Positions 8,487 through 18,290 of a DNA stretch of 64,000 nucleotides are shown piece after piece (the first letter of the stretch is position 1; each line of letters opens with the position of its first letter). The DNA lies in IMG/VR virus record IMGVR_UViG_3300028151_000001, positions 6,095 to 70,094 of that record, one strand, 5' to 3'. This stretch comes from a virus. The position numbers and the translations under genes were made by a program. The notes beneath the pieces are model-generated. The model ran no database searches. It worked only from the letters and a program-made list of their open reading frames with translations, and was not told the origin of the DNA.

Positions 8487-8672
8487 TCATTTCTCTTCTC
8501 CAATTCTAATCAATTCTTCAATATCCGATATAACTTTCTGGATATCTTCATTCTCAGGGATATTCAATTTCTTACTAATCTTATGCATTTTATTTGAGCA
8601 TAAGACAAGCTGTTTGTTGATGCTGTGTAGCTGTTTAAGTAGCTGTTTGTGTGTCATTAAAATTCCATCCAA
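8487..8672 (-). CDS. hypothetical coiled-coil protein
   Basis: ORF track. Confidence 0.6.
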   Translation of the reverse strand: MDGILMTHKQLLKQLHSINKQLVLCSNKMHKISKKLNIPENEDIQKVISDIEELIRIGEEK

Positions 8673-9520
8673 GGGTTACCAACACAAATCACATTAGGGA
8701 TCTTAAGCTCATGCCACATACGTACGACGCTAGGACGATCATCTACAACACCAAGGACATTATACTTGGGTGCAATATCCCTCCAGAAGATTTCTTCCTT
8801 TACAACAGTATCCTTACGTGTATCTCCTTCTGGACGTATAAAGAATTCATCAAATGGCACCATGTTACAATCCAACCATTCCTCTGTAAGACCTTTGCAA
8901 ACACCATCACGGCCACTCACAACAATAATATCATACTTCAAATGTTTATAGAACCTTGCCATTTCCACAATAAACACTCTTGAATCATCAGTGCCTACTT
9001 TATCCCAGTCAAAAGGACTGCGACCGTTCATCTGAGCCAGTGTACCATCAATGTCAAAAATTACAGCTTTGTCCAGACTCGTATCCGGTGTATAGGTTTT
9101 ACGACCTTTGTATTCAAGCCATTTCTGGTATTGACTATAAATCACACTGTGACCAACACCGTTTTTACGAACAGAATCGCGTTTCCAAGCTGTCTCAAGG
9201 GAAACTTCAAACTCTTTTATCTCTACATCATAACCAATATCTGTCAACAACGTAATCCATTTATCACGTGTGACAGGGTTCAGGTTGGTATCTGAAATAA
9301 TAACATCTTGACCTTTACTCAGAGCATCCATAACCATCTGCTCTTGGATAAGTGTCACCTCGTTTTCTTTCTTCTTACTAAACTTATAACTGGACCAATC
9401 AGTACCCGGACAAATGATATTAAACCTAATCCAGTCACGGTTAATGTCCACAGCCTCTTGTTGACTTGCCCAGAATGTCTTACCACTCGTACTGATGCCA
9501 ACTGTCACCCAAGCCTTCAT
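8657..9520 (-). CDS. pseT: polynucleotide 5'-kinase / 3'-phosphatase (T4 PseT-like)
   Basis: N-terminal P-loop GISTSGKT with RDWIR; HAD DIDGT, VSGR, K, VVDDR in C-terminal half. Confidence 0.92.
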   Translation of the reverse strand: MKAWVTVGISTSGKTFWASQQEAVDINRDWIRFNIICPGTDWSSYKFSKKKENEVTLIQEQMVMDALSKGQDVIISDTNLNPVTRDKWITLLTDIGYDVEIKEFEVSLETAWKRDSVRKNGVGHSVIYSQYQKWLEYKGRKTYTPDTSLDKAVIFDIDGTLAQMNGRSPFDWDKVGTDDSRVFIVEMARFYKHLKYDIIVVSGRDGVCKGLTEEWLDCNMVPFDEFFIRPEGDTRKDTVVKEEIFWRDIAPKYNVLGVVDDRPSVVRMWHELKIPNVICVGNPWMEF

Positions 9521-10602
9521 ACAAAACTCTCCAATACTTTCATTTTGAATGACTCGCTCTGTTCATGGAAAGTGTCACTGACACCCTTCTTCTTTTGTCG
9601 TGCTTGAAACAGAACAGCAGCATAATTATACTCTTTTACAGCAAGTGCAAATTCTTTTTGCGCGACAATGCCTTCAAATCGAGTATAGACCACCTCCATC
9701 TCGTGAAGAAGTTTTTCAAAAGTTTTTACATAAGGAGTAAAGAATTTCTCATCCTCTGGGAAGTAGTTAAGGTATTCATCCTGCTCATTAATCAGCACCA
9801 GTTGCATGATTCGTTTTGGTGACAAGCCTTCTCCGCGAATGTGATGTACGGCAACATATGCAGGACTCTTCACCTTACAGACGGGCTTACCATCTTGATA
9901 TACAACATAACCCTCTTCAAGATCAGGGAGATGTTTTGCAGTTTCAATACAATCTTCCACGCTAGAAAAACTATATATGTTAATCTCACGAGCACCTAGA
10001 GTCAAGGCAGCTTCTTTTTCATATTCATCACCAAACTCACCCGACTGATTGTGCCGAGAAGCAAGATAGTGAAGTTTATAACCATCATAAGACTTTACAA
10101 TACGATTCTCACGGCAAGTAAGCTCGCAGATATATGTCCAATCAGCATCCAACCACAGGTCACACAGCACTTGGAACTCCGTTTCATCATCACAATCAAG
10201 CGCTTTAAACACAAGGGATTTGAAAGAGTCTCCAAAGTTGCAACCACTCTCAGCAAAAGCTGTACCACGAGTAGAGCAATACCAAGTGTTTTTCCAGTTG
10301 TAAATCTTAATCAAACTACCATCTACCTTCTCGTGACAGATAGCCTTACTCCAATCAAGATGAGTTTGTGTATCTGGTTGCTCGCCGAGGTTAAAGAAAC
10401 GATCAAGGCTACGTGAAACAATATTGAATTCATGATCAAGGATCAAACCACGGCATTCTTTTACAATATCATTTGACTTTGGACTGTTAATCTGATCGTA
10501 GTTAAGAACATACAAACCTTCTTCATACTTCTTTACCATAATTCCGAACTCCTCGTTCAGTTTTACAGTGCCGTGTTCTTTAATATAGTCAATTACTTTC
10601 AT
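9517..10602 (-). CDS. rnl1: RNA ligase 1 (T4 Rnl1 family)
   Basis: RSLDRFFN, EKVDGSLI (motif I), EGYV, KVK motifs; start moved to ATG 10602 (AGGAG SD); adjacent to Pnk. Confidence 0.9.
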   Translation of the reverse strand: MKVIDYIKEHGTVKLNEEFGIMVKKYEEGLYVLNYDQINSPKSNDIVKECRGLILDHEFNIVSRSLDRFFNLGEQPDTQTHLDWSKAICHEKVDGSLIKIYNWKNTWYCSTRGTAFAESGCNFGDSFKSLVFKALDCDDETEFQVLCDLWLDADWTYICELTCRENRIVKSYDGYKLHYLASRHNQSGEFGDEYEKEAALTLGAREINIYSFSSVEDCIETAKHLPDLEEGYVVYQDGKPVCKVKSPAYVAVHHIRGEGLSPKRIMQLVLINEQDEYLNYFPEDEKFFTPYVKTFEKLLHEMEVVYTRFEGIVAQKEFALAVKEYNYAAVLFQARQKKKGVSDTFHEQSESFKMKVLESFV

Positions 10603-10678
10603 TTTGAATTTCTCCTGATAAATTTGAATAGTGAGAATAACAGAAAGCCTCCAGTGCGTCAACACCAGAGGCTAAGAA

Positions 10679-10867
10679 TTATCCAAAAATGTGATCCCGA
10701 TTCTCCTGAAAATAATCCCGAAGCATTTCACTGACTTCATAGTTATGCCATCCTGTCCCAATGATCACTTCATGACCATCTCCTTTGAGAATATTCTTCT
10801 CGATCATCATTTCAGCAGCCCAACACCAGCTTCCATCACTAAAGAGGTATACAGATGTCTTGTCCAT
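10679..10867 (-). CDS. hypothetical protein
   Basis: ORF track. Confidence 0.7.
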   Translation of the reverse strand: MDKTSVYLFSDGSWCWAAEMMIEKNILKGDGHEVIIGTGWHNYEVSEMLRDYFQENRDHIFG

Positions 10868-11277
10868 TAGATTTCTCCAAGGTACAAAGCTTGATTCTCA
10901 ATGGATGTGAAAGTCACCATATGATTTTGACAAGTGATCTTTTTATTCTTACGAGAATACTGAAGCTTTGCCACTTCTACAATTTTAGCAGCTTGTGCAC
11001 AATACAAATCAAACCTTCCAATCTTCTCTTGTGGAAATGTGTGATTGTAAGCTTTAGGGTTTGTATTGTGAAGGTACACAGCTGTAGCAAAAGAAATCCT
11101 ACCAACTCCGTAACGAAAACCATGATGCACGCTGTAAAATGATGCACCTTCGTGAATAAATTCATTTGGTGTGTAGTTGAAACCAAGCACTGCCATAAAA
11201 GCAATTACAGAGTTAATTTGACATTGCTTTGTGTCTACAATTTTGTATTCATTTCCTTCTTTGTCATAGCCGATCAT
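10867..11277 (-). CDS. hypothetical protein
   Basis: ORF track; AGGAG SD. Confidence 0.75.
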   Translation of the reverse strand: MIGYDKEGNEYKIVDTKQCQINSVIAFMAVLGFNYTPNEFIHEGASFYSVHHGFRYGVGRISFATAVYLHNTNPKAYNHTFPQEKIGRFDLYCAQAAKIVEVAKLQYSRKNKKITCQNHMVTFTSIENQALYLGEI

Positions 11278-11288
11278 TTGGTTTCTCC

Positions 11289-12350
11289 TTATTCATAATC
11301 ACGAAATGTCACAAACGTGGGGAACTGAGGCAGGCTTGTATCTTTGTAAAGAGTTTGGTATTTGACAGTGATAAGCTTACCAATCAAAGACTCTTTCGCA
11401 ACCAACCACTGTTTGCGTTGCTCGTGTGTCCCACCTACAACATTGAATTTATTATTTGCAAATGTATTCTGAACAACAAAAACAGCACCTCCGTCTTTGT
11501 CGCTTACAATATCCACAATCTGAAACTCAGAATCAAGGAACTCTTTATACTTTTGAAGATCAGCAGATCTTTTACCTGATTCATATAGGCCGGAATCATT
11601 ACGAAGCATAATACCCTCATAACCACGAGCAACACAATCTTTATGTGCAGACTTCATCTCTGCTTCAGACGACACTTGAGTGTAGACAATAGCGTCAACT
11701 TGCTTGCTAATAGTACGCCCATTGATTGCAACAATATCAAGAAGTCTGTCCTCAAAGCGTTTATCATTCACAACATCAAAAACAACAAACCACACTTCCG
11801 GCGTCATACTGTTAGGCTTCTTTACAGCAGATATAATCTCTTCAAGATATTTCCCGTGGATATACAACTCACCGTCCCATATCTCACCAATTCGCATAGA
11901 TTGCTTTAATTGCTCTTGAATGTGTTTTACATCATACAGTTTACCACTACGTGATTTAAGAGTTACACCATCTTCTGAGCATATAGCAAGACAACGTACA
12001 CCATCTAGCTTGTCACTAACCCAACAAGGGTATTTAATTCGATGGCCCTGTTTGAGATAATCGTTAGCAAGCATTGGGAGCAAAGGAAGTTCAACCAGAT
12101 CATCTTTAGATAGGCGATAACCCTTGTCTTTCTGTTTCTCAATCTTACTCAGTGCTTCAAGTTCTGCTTGTTGACTTGGTGTTGTCTCATTACTACGACC
12201 AATGTTCTTACCTTTGACAGATTCAATCTTCAACTGAATCTTGCCATTTTCCTGACCATGCTCAATATGAATCTCTTCATCTTTTGTTTCAATAGCCCAA
12301 AGCTTATATCCACCAGCTTTGTTTAGGCCATATAGTGTTACTTTATCCAT
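11289..12350 (-). CDS. lig: ATP-dependent DNA ligase
   Basis: PMLA, KLDGVR (motif I), DGELY, VFDV, EGIMLR, KYK, FPTF OB-fold end. Confidence 0.95.
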   Translation of the reverse strand: MDKVTLYGLNKAGGYKLWAIETKDEEIHIEHGQENGKIQLKIESVKGKNIGRSNETTPSQQAELEALSKIEKQKDKGYRLSKDDLVELPLLPMLANDYLKQGHRIKYPCWVSDKLDGVRCLAICSEDGVTLKSRSGKLYDVKHIQEQLKQSMRIGEIWDGELYIHGKYLEEIISAVKKPNSMTPEVWFVVFDVVNDKRFEDRLLDIVAINGRTISKQVDAIVYTQVSSEAEMKSAHKDCVARGYEGIMLRNDSGLYESGKRSADLQKYKEFLDSEFQIVDIVSDKDGGAVFVVQNTFANNKFNVVGGTHEQRKQWLVAKESLIGKLITVKYQTLYKDTSLPQFPTFVTFRDYE

Positions 12351-12362
12351 TTCTCCTCTCCT

Positions 12363-12854
12363 TTAAATTTTGATCACTCTAACATTGTTGGTGTGAAGAT
12401 ATTCTAAACCAGACACATCCCTATATTCTTCCTTGTAAAATACTTCCTTGATACCTGCGTCTACGATGTCAATAGCGCAATATTTACAACAACTAGCGGT
12501 AACGAATAGTGACGCACCTACGGCAGATTCATTAGTCTTACACAAGTTCATAAGAACCGACTTCTCAGCATGCCTTACTTCCCGTTTTGTGACTAATTTA
12601 TATCTTCCAGTCACATCTTCGTAAGGCCACTCAGATTCTATATAGTCAATATCTATCCAACCACCAGCATCAGTTTTCATGTAAACCTTTTCCTCAAGCG
12701 GTCCATCAATTGCTGAGGGCAAAGCATTGTACCCAGTTGATAAAATATTATTGTCACGTACCAATACTGCCCCTACTTTAAGTCTTACACCACTTGATGT
12801 ATCTGCCAAGACTTGTGCAATGTTCATGTACATCTGAATGTGTTTGGCTTTCAT
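12363..12854 (-). CDS. dCMP deaminase
   Basis: RLKVGAVLV, TGYN, HAE and CxxC Zn motif. Confidence 0.9.
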   Translation of the reverse strand: MKAKHIQMYMNIAQVLADTSSGVRLKVGAVLVRDNNILSTGYNALPSAIDGPLEEKVYMKTDAGGWIDIDYIESEWPYEDVTGRYKLVTKREVRHAEKSVLMNLCKTNESAVGASLFVTASCCKYCAIDIVDAGIKEVFYKEEYRDVSGLEYLHTNNVRVIKI

Positions 12855-13539
12855 ACATTAAAGACCTTACCAAAGTAATGCATTTCTGCCTCCTCTCTAC
12901 AAAATATAGCTAACTCTAAACAATCTGTGTAAACCAATCTAATTAGTTTTCCTTTGACACTAATGTGTGCTTGCCACTTCTTTGCTTGCGAGTTCCAGCA
13001 TACACCAGTTCTGCCAGACTTACTGTCTTTTCTTGTCCTCCTATTTAAAGATTGCTCTGTATATGTGGCCCAAACACAGTTTTCCTTGCAATAATCGCCA
13101 TTCACATCTAATCTTTCCAATGTGTGCTTACTCGTAGGCTTCGGACCCATGTCTTTGTAAAATGTCTCAAAACTATTTAGCCACTCTTTACAGACTCTAA
13201 TACCCCTTCCACCGTAGTCCTCAAATGATATAAAATTTTCATTATAACATCTAGTTTTACAGCTAAGCCAAGCAGCGTGCTCGGGGGTCTTTGTCATTCC
13301 ATGAGTTATCTCTCTTATAGAGTTATCTCTCTTATAGAGTTTTGCTCATCTCTGTAGCAACCACAGCTCTTAGTATGACCACTCCTCAAATCTCTCGGTC
13401 GAACTTGTACCAAATTTCCACATTCACAAATACAATTCCACTTAACCCTCATTGTACCACTGGGACTCCTTATACTGAAGGAATCTATACAGGTCAACCT
13501 TTCAAAAACTTGACCTGCCAAATCAATCTTCTTACCCAC
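12851..13539 (-). pseudogene. HNH-AP2 homing endonuclease split into 13315..13539 and 12851..13297 by a 17-bp tandem duplication
   Basis: N-part KWNCICECG...TKSCGC; C-part RCYN..YGGRGI.VC.EW...TLERLDVNGDY..ENCVW; removing one repeat copy restores ...SIREITHGMTKTPEH... Confidence 0.85.
13304..13340. repeat. 17-bp tandem duplication
   Basis: AGTTATCTCTCTTATAG at 13304-13320 and 13321-13337. Confidence 0.95.
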
Positions 13540-13818
13540 TTATTTCTTCCTCGTGGCAGTGCCTCTACAACTCAACTCACCACTCTCAGACTTACTAACA
13601 GTCTTTTGCAGCTTTGATGCAACGATTGTATATCGTGATTTGCCATACAGACTGTCTATATATTCCTGAGCAATAGCTCTCGAAGCGGTGTGAACAAATA
13701 TATATTCACCCATTGCATTCTGAATATAAAAAGTTGCAGGTGGAATAAATAGATAGTCTGTAAAACTATTGTAGTCCACAATGGTCACTTTAATATCTTT
13801 CTTCTTAGCTTCACTCAT
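13540..13818 (-). CDS. hypothetical protein
   Basis: ORF track. Confidence 0.75.
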   Translation of the reverse strand: MSEAKKKDIKVTIVDYNSFTDYLFIPPATFYIQNAMGEYIFVHTASRAIAQEYIDSLYGKSRYTIVASKLQKTVSKSESGELSCRGTATRKK

Positions 13819-14074
13819 TATCCCACCTCACTTGAATTACATATTCACCTATCTTAGCTTTCTTTGTCAATACTCTAACTTTGGTAAGTGTTGCTTTGTT
13901 TCCAAGTCTATCTGTAAAGCTTTCGTTCCACTTATCTATCAACTTATTACCATCTGCAAGGTAATAGGGGACATGAGGTACAATTTTAATTTCTCCACAC
14001 ATAACACCAAGAGGTTCATCCATCAAATCTCCCCTGATCCTCAATAGATTTATCAAGTAAGGTATCATATTCAC
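13811..14074 (-). CDS. hypothetical protein
   Basis: ORF track. Confidence 0.7.
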   Translation of the reverse strand: MNMIPYLINLLRIRGDLMDEPLGVMCGEIKIVPHVPYYLADGNKLIDKWNESFTDRLGNKATLTKVRVLTKKAKIGEYVIQVRWDNE

Positions 14075-14593
14075 TCATTTATAAATCTCTTCAAATACAA
14101 TTTGTTTTGGTAGCATTTTAGAACACAAGTAAACAGAACTGAATGGTGGGTTCAAAGACGGCTTAGGATCTTCGTAACTCTTGAAATATGAGATTCGTTT
14201 ATTCATATACATAATCTCAAACTGGTTATCTTTAAACATATTGAATCGTTTTTGACTTTCAAACAAACCTACTACACCAACAAGCATTGCAAATGGCTTA
14301 CCAAGAGCAAACAGCCGTTCAAACACAGCGGCTTTGATTGAATACGGGGGGTTGCTTACGATGTAATCAAAATATTCAGGCTCGCTCCTAAAGAAATCCT
14401 CACCGTCTTCAATATGACTGTGAATAACTTCATAGTTTAATTCTTTAAGCATTTTCACAAAATTAGAATTCTCTGTATCAAAAGGACACCAGACAACACC
14501 GCCCTGTTTTATATATTTTAAAATAGGCTCGATAGCATACCGAGGAGTATAGAACTCGTCATTACCACTTCCTGCCACTACATCCATCTTCAT
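14075..14593 (-). CDS. putative N6-adenine DNA methyltransferase (small phage type)
   Basis: DEFYTP, VWCPFD SAM-binding region, GEDFF, SNPPYS catalytic motif IV. Confidence 0.8.
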   Translation of the reverse strand: MKMDVVAGSGNDEFYTPRYAIEPILKYIKQGGVVWCPFDTENSNFVKMLKELNYEVIHSHIEDGEDFFRSEPEYFDYIVSNPPYSIKAAVFERLFALGKPFAMLVGVVGLFESQKRFNMFKDNQFEIMYMNKRISYFKSYEDPKPSLNPPFSSVYLCSKMLPKQIVFEEIYK

Positions 14594-14830
14594 TTAAGCT
14601 GCTCCTAATTCAATTAGTTTAATAACCTCAGGATTTTTCATCTCACATTCATACTTTAAATCTTTATATATTGCAATAAACTTCGAATAGAATCCCGTCT
14701 GCTCATCCTCAATAGCTTTCTCGATAAACATATCAATCAGCCATTCGTCATCTTCTTCAATGTATTCTTCTGTATCATAATAGTCATCAACACAATGATC
14801 TAAGAATATGTCGTATGCTGAGTCACTCAC
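14594..14830 (-). CDS. acidic hypothetical protein (likely GTG start 14830; track 14854)
   Basis: ORF track; GAGGAG SD before GTG. Confidence 0.65.
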   Translation of the reverse strand: MSDSAYDIFLDHCVDDYYDTEEYIEEDDEWLIDMFIEKAIEDEQTGFYSKFIAIYKDLKYECEMKNPEVIKLIELGAA

Positions 14831-14960
14831 AATAAATCTCCTCACTAACAGCACTTGCTAGGTCTTCCCCGAAAGTAGATTCAAAATCATTCGGATTACT
14901 TAGCATCCAATGTTCGATGCTGGATTCCAAGTCTTGAATATCTGAATTATCGTTTTGCAT
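14823..14960 (-). CDS. small acidic hypothetical protein (45 aa), not in ORF track
   Basis: MQNDNSDIQDLESSIEHWMLSNPNDFESTFGEDLASAVSEEIYCE; GGAG SD. Confidence 0.55.
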   Translation of the reverse strand: MQNDNSDIQDLESSIEHWMLSNPNDFESTFGEDLASAVSEEIYCE

Positions 14961-15157
14961 TAATAGTCTCCATTATCATTGTAGAAGACTTTACCATATT
15001 TACCTTGGAAGTCCACTTTCTCTACAACAATATTGTTAAAATTAACTGTTCTGCCATCAAGCATAACAAGTTCAATAGCTTCTGATTCATTCTCTGCTTG
15101 TACGAAAGCAGTGCCACCTAAATATGAACTATTGTAAGTAACTTTGTAAATATACAT
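14960..15157 (-). CDS. hypothetical protein (track start 15238; ATG 15157 has AGGAG SD)
   Basis: ORF track plus SD. Confidence 0.7.
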   Translation of the reverse strand: MYIYKVTYNSSYLGGTAFVQAENESEAIELVMLDGRTVNFNNIVVEKVDFQGKYGKVFYNDNGDY

Positions 15158-15294
15158 AACATTTCTCCTAATCATCAATTGCCATAGATTCAATATCGAG
15201 TTCAAGCCACCAAGGTTCTGCATCGAATGATGGTTCAAACAAACATTGCAAGTCTTCTTGTTGGTTGTCTACATCTATTGGGTAGGTCATTTGT

Positions 15295-15513
15295 CTACCA
15301 AGCACTGTAATCTGTCAAAGATATGCCTATGTCCAATTCATCACATTCTATAGCGCTATTTTGACCAATGCCACCAGACTTAGAAAAGATATAATGAAAA
15401 GTGAGTAGCTTATGTTCTTCATCAGTATTAGCCGCATAACCTGAAATCATATTACACATAGTTTTGAAATCTTCCGCCTTCTTCAACTCTGCCTCGTTTA
15501 ATTTAAACTCCAT
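15295..15513 (-). CDS. hypothetical protein (track start 15576; ATG 15513 has AGGAG SD)
   Basis: ORF track plus SD. Confidence 0.7.
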   Translation of the reverse strand: MEFKLNEAELKKAEDFKTMCNMISGYAANTDEEHKLLTFHYIFSKSGGIGQNSAIECDELDIGISLTDYSAW

Positions 15514-15579
15514 AAATCTCTCCTTACTAAATAAGATGCGTGCCATAATTGTAATCAGCACGCAATGTGTTGTCAATGG

Positions 15580-16368
15580 TTATTTGAAAGCTTTTGCAAT
15601 ATCATTAACCTCTTCCAAAGCCTTCTTTGTCCGACTAGAAGGCTGTTTTGGTTGAGCCATTTTAGCGGCTTTGGCTTCACGTTGCAAGCGTTGTTTATCG
15701 TAAGCTGCAATTCCTTTCTCTACAGCTGCGGCAATGATGTCTTCAAGGGATGTTTCTTCGAATTTTTCTTGTTCACCACATTCTTCACAATCAGGATTGT
15801 CGCAAGGTTGAGTATTTCTATACTCTGTCAAACTGTCCAGCCGTTCCGCAATTTGTTCAGAACTAAAGTAGAACGGAGTCCCTTTGATTACGTCTGAAAT
15901 TTCTTCCGTTGAGAGGTAGCCACTGTACACATTTTCATACAATCGTTTCAGTTGATTACGGCTGAAGTTTGCATGCTCCAGAATGTCAGTATCCTTACCT
16001 CCCAATGAGTAACTACTTGTATGAATCATCAAGCTGGAAGTGTCATCCAAGATCCATTCACGAGCCGAAAGTGCAATCACGCTGCCAGCACTGGCTGTCT
16101 CAGGACCAATGATTGCAATAGTGTGTGCTTCACAGTTCTTCAAGGCCCGATGGAACAACATTGCAGTATCTAGATATCCACCCGGCGTGCACACATCTAG
16201 AACTATACAATCCTCTGAACCAACACTGTTAATTAGATCAATTTCTTCAGTCCACTCACTAGGTTCTCCAATACCCTCCCAAATACGGATAACATGAGTC
16301 ATGCCCGGATTATGGGTGGACGAGATACGTGACTTTTGGGGCAACAGCATCAGTTCTTCATGTTTCAT
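15580..16368 (-). CDS. clpP: ClpP-like serine protease with acidic/basic C-terminal tail
   Basis: TPGG oxyanion region, ASAGS catalytic Ser, MIH catalytic His; start moved to ATG 16368 (GGAG SD). Confidence 0.82.
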   Translation of the reverse strand: MKHEELMLLPQKSRISSTHNPGMTHVIRIWEGIGEPSEWTEEIDLINSVGSEDCIVLDVCTPGGYLDTAMLFHRALKNCEAHTIAIIGPETASAGSVIALSAREWILDDTSSLMIHTSSYSLGGKDTDILEHANFSRNQLKRLYENVYSGYLSTEEISDVIKGTPFYFSSEQIAERLDSLTEYRNTQPCDNPDCEECGEQEKFEETSLEDIIAAAVEKGIAAYDKQRLQREAKAAKMAQPKQPSSRTKKALEEVNDIAKAFK

Positions 16369-16369
16369 G

Positions 16370-17116
16370 TTATTCACTCTCCCGTTCTTTAGCCTGAACC
16401 ATTGCTTTACAAAGACCACCACGAACAATATCTTCGCTGGTTGCTGTAATTACTTTAATGTGCTTCTGAAGTTCTGGGTTATTAGCTACAAACTTAGTAA
16501 GCCATTCGATACCATTAACACCTTTGATATCTGTCTGGTGTCCAGTACCATCACCAATTAGAATTAATTTAGCCCCATGTTCCATACGAGTTAACATTGT
16601 GTAGAGTTCGTCCGGGGCCATACACTGGACCTCATCTATCACACACACATCGGAGATAGACCGACCTCTCGCATACTCAGGTGCGAGAAGCTCAATTGAT
16701 CCGTTTGCAAGGCAGTTCTCGTAGTAGCTTTTGCCGTAACGTTTCCACAACACTTCAAGCAATGGCATCAAGAAAGGTTCAAACTTCTGTTGCAAGGTTG
16801 ATGGAAGCATGCCCAAACTACGTCCCATTGGGATCACAGCACGAGAAAGAGTAATCTTGTTATAAACTCCCTTTTTAAGCCAGTCAGACACCTCACTCAT
16901 TGTCAAGTATGATTTTCCCACGCCTGCGGGAGCAGAAAACACAACTACATCAAACTCTTTAAGCGCATTCAAGAACAATTTCTGAACATCATTCTTTGCA
17001 GACACCGGAGCAGCCAGATAGTTTTCATCTTGAAACTTAGGCTTCAGAACACGGCCAATATCAGCCTTTTTAACCCAACGTTCTTCCACTACTTGTGCTT
17101 GATTACGCTTAGCCAT
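16370..17116 (-). CDS. phoH: PhoH-family ATPase
   Basis: APAGVGKS Walker A, LSR, LG.LP, RGRS, IDEVQ, LTR, GD..Q.DI, DIVR. Confidence 0.93.
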   Translation of the reverse strand: MAKRNQAQVVEERWVKKADIGRVLKPKFQDENYLAAPVSAKNDVQKLFLNALKEFDVVVFSAPAGVGKSYLTMSEVSDWLKKGVYNKITLSRAVIPMGRSLGMLPSTLQQKFEPFLMPLLEVLWKRYGKSYYENCLANGSIELLAPEYARGRSISDVCVIDEVQCMAPDELYTMLTRMEHGAKLILIGDGTGHQTDIKGVNGIEWLTKFVANNPELQKHIKVITATSEDIVRGGLCKAMVQAKERESE

Positions 17117-17132
17117 GTTTTATTTCCTTCTT

Positions 17133-17330
17133 TCAGTTAGTATTACCCATCAGTTCAAACGTTTCCAAATCTTTCAAACTATTCCCAGTATGGGTATTCG
17201 GACTATATTTTTCATCATCCATATCCCTGATTATAGCCCTAAGCTTATGCATATAGTCCATCAGAGGGCTCTCTTTATGTACATACTCAAGCCGTTCATG
17301 AATCCATTTTAGAAATTCTTTATCCTTCAT
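17133..17330 (-). CDS. hypothetical protein
   Basis: ORF track; ATGA coupling. Confidence 0.7.
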   Translation of the reverse strand: MKDKEFLKWIHERLEYVHKESPLMDYMHKLRAIIRDMDDEKYSPNTHTGNSLKDLETFELMGNTN

Positions 17331-17671
17331 TCAAAATCCTCCACCAACTGTGCAAAACAAGGGTTCTCTTGCAACACCCTTTCCATAACCATACCCTCAA
17401 AACTCAAACCTTTGTGTATCACGGTGAAGTAATCTTTTCTATCTGAACATCTGACACCAAGTTCTGTTTCAGAAGTCCAGAGATATTCTAAACTAATACC
17501 TTCTTGCTGCCCATACTTATCATCAAGTAAATAAATACCTGAAACACTTTTAATCTCTCCACGGTAGAAATACAACCAACCGCTTTTACTCCTGAAAGCA
17601 ATCTGTTGTTTATCCGCTGAAACCAAGACGCTGTCAAGAACTTCTTTCTTCAAACTTTCATACTCACTCAC
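17327..17671 (-). CDS. hypothetical protein
   Basis: ORF track; overlap coupling. Confidence 0.7.
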   Translation of the reverse strand: MSEYESLKKEVLDSVLVSADKQQIAFRSKSGWLYFYRGEIKSVSGIYLLDDKYGQQEGISLEYLWTSETELGVRCSDRKDYFTVIHKGLSFEGMVMERVLQENPCFAQLVEDFE

Positions 17672-17904
17672 AGGTTGTCTCCTAAAATATTCTCTGTAGT
17701 GTACAAGCCATGTTTCTTAAGGATGTTTGCCAAATGTTTATTTTCTTTTTGAAGCGTGTCTTTCTCATTTTTGAGATTTGTGCAAAGTTTCTTAAGGCAG
17801 TATAGCATAGGTGCCGATGAATTGTTGTAAACAATATCTTGCACAGTGCCATCCATAAAATCTTTGTCCAAACTCTTAAAGAATTCTAAATCTTCAACTT
17901 TCAC
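17668..17904 (-). CDS. hypothetical coiled-coil protein
   Basis: ORF track. Confidence 0.7.
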   Translation of the reverse strand: MKVEDLEFFKSLDKDFMDGTVQDIVYNNSSAPMLYCLKKLCTNLKNEKDTLQKENKHLANILKKHGLYTTENILGDNL

Positions 17905-18290
17905 ACTAGATCCTCCCCAATAATAACATTCTTGTCAATCACTTTACTGCCCATTACACCATCAATCTCGGCACTAAACTTAATACCACTTGTACCACCT
18001 TCACCATAACTCTGTCCATACCCTGATTCAGATGAACCAATTTCAAGTTTTGCATTATATTTATCAAATACAGCTTTGAGTTCACTCAGAAAGCTATTGA
18101 TAACCACCTCCTGATTAATTAATGCAATCTCATTAGTTGCCCATGTCCGTACAGAATCAATTTCTAGGTCAGCCTGTTCAATTGATGTCAAGGATGATTG
18201 GTTATCTCCCACTAAATCTCTCAGATTAACCAACTCTTGCAAGACAACATCCGCTTGCAACACCACATTTTCATAATCACTTTTAGTCAA
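17901..18290 (-). CDS. hypothetical protein (likely TTG start 18290; track 18311)
   Basis: ORF track; GAGGAGGAG SD upstream of TTG. Confidence 0.7.
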   Translation of the reverse strand: MTKSDYENVVLQADVVLQELVNLRDLVGDNQSSLTSIEQADLEIDSVRTWATNEIALINQEVVINSFLSELKAVFDKYNAKLEIGSSESGYGQSYGEGGTSGIKFSAEIDGVMGSKVIDKNVIIGEDLV

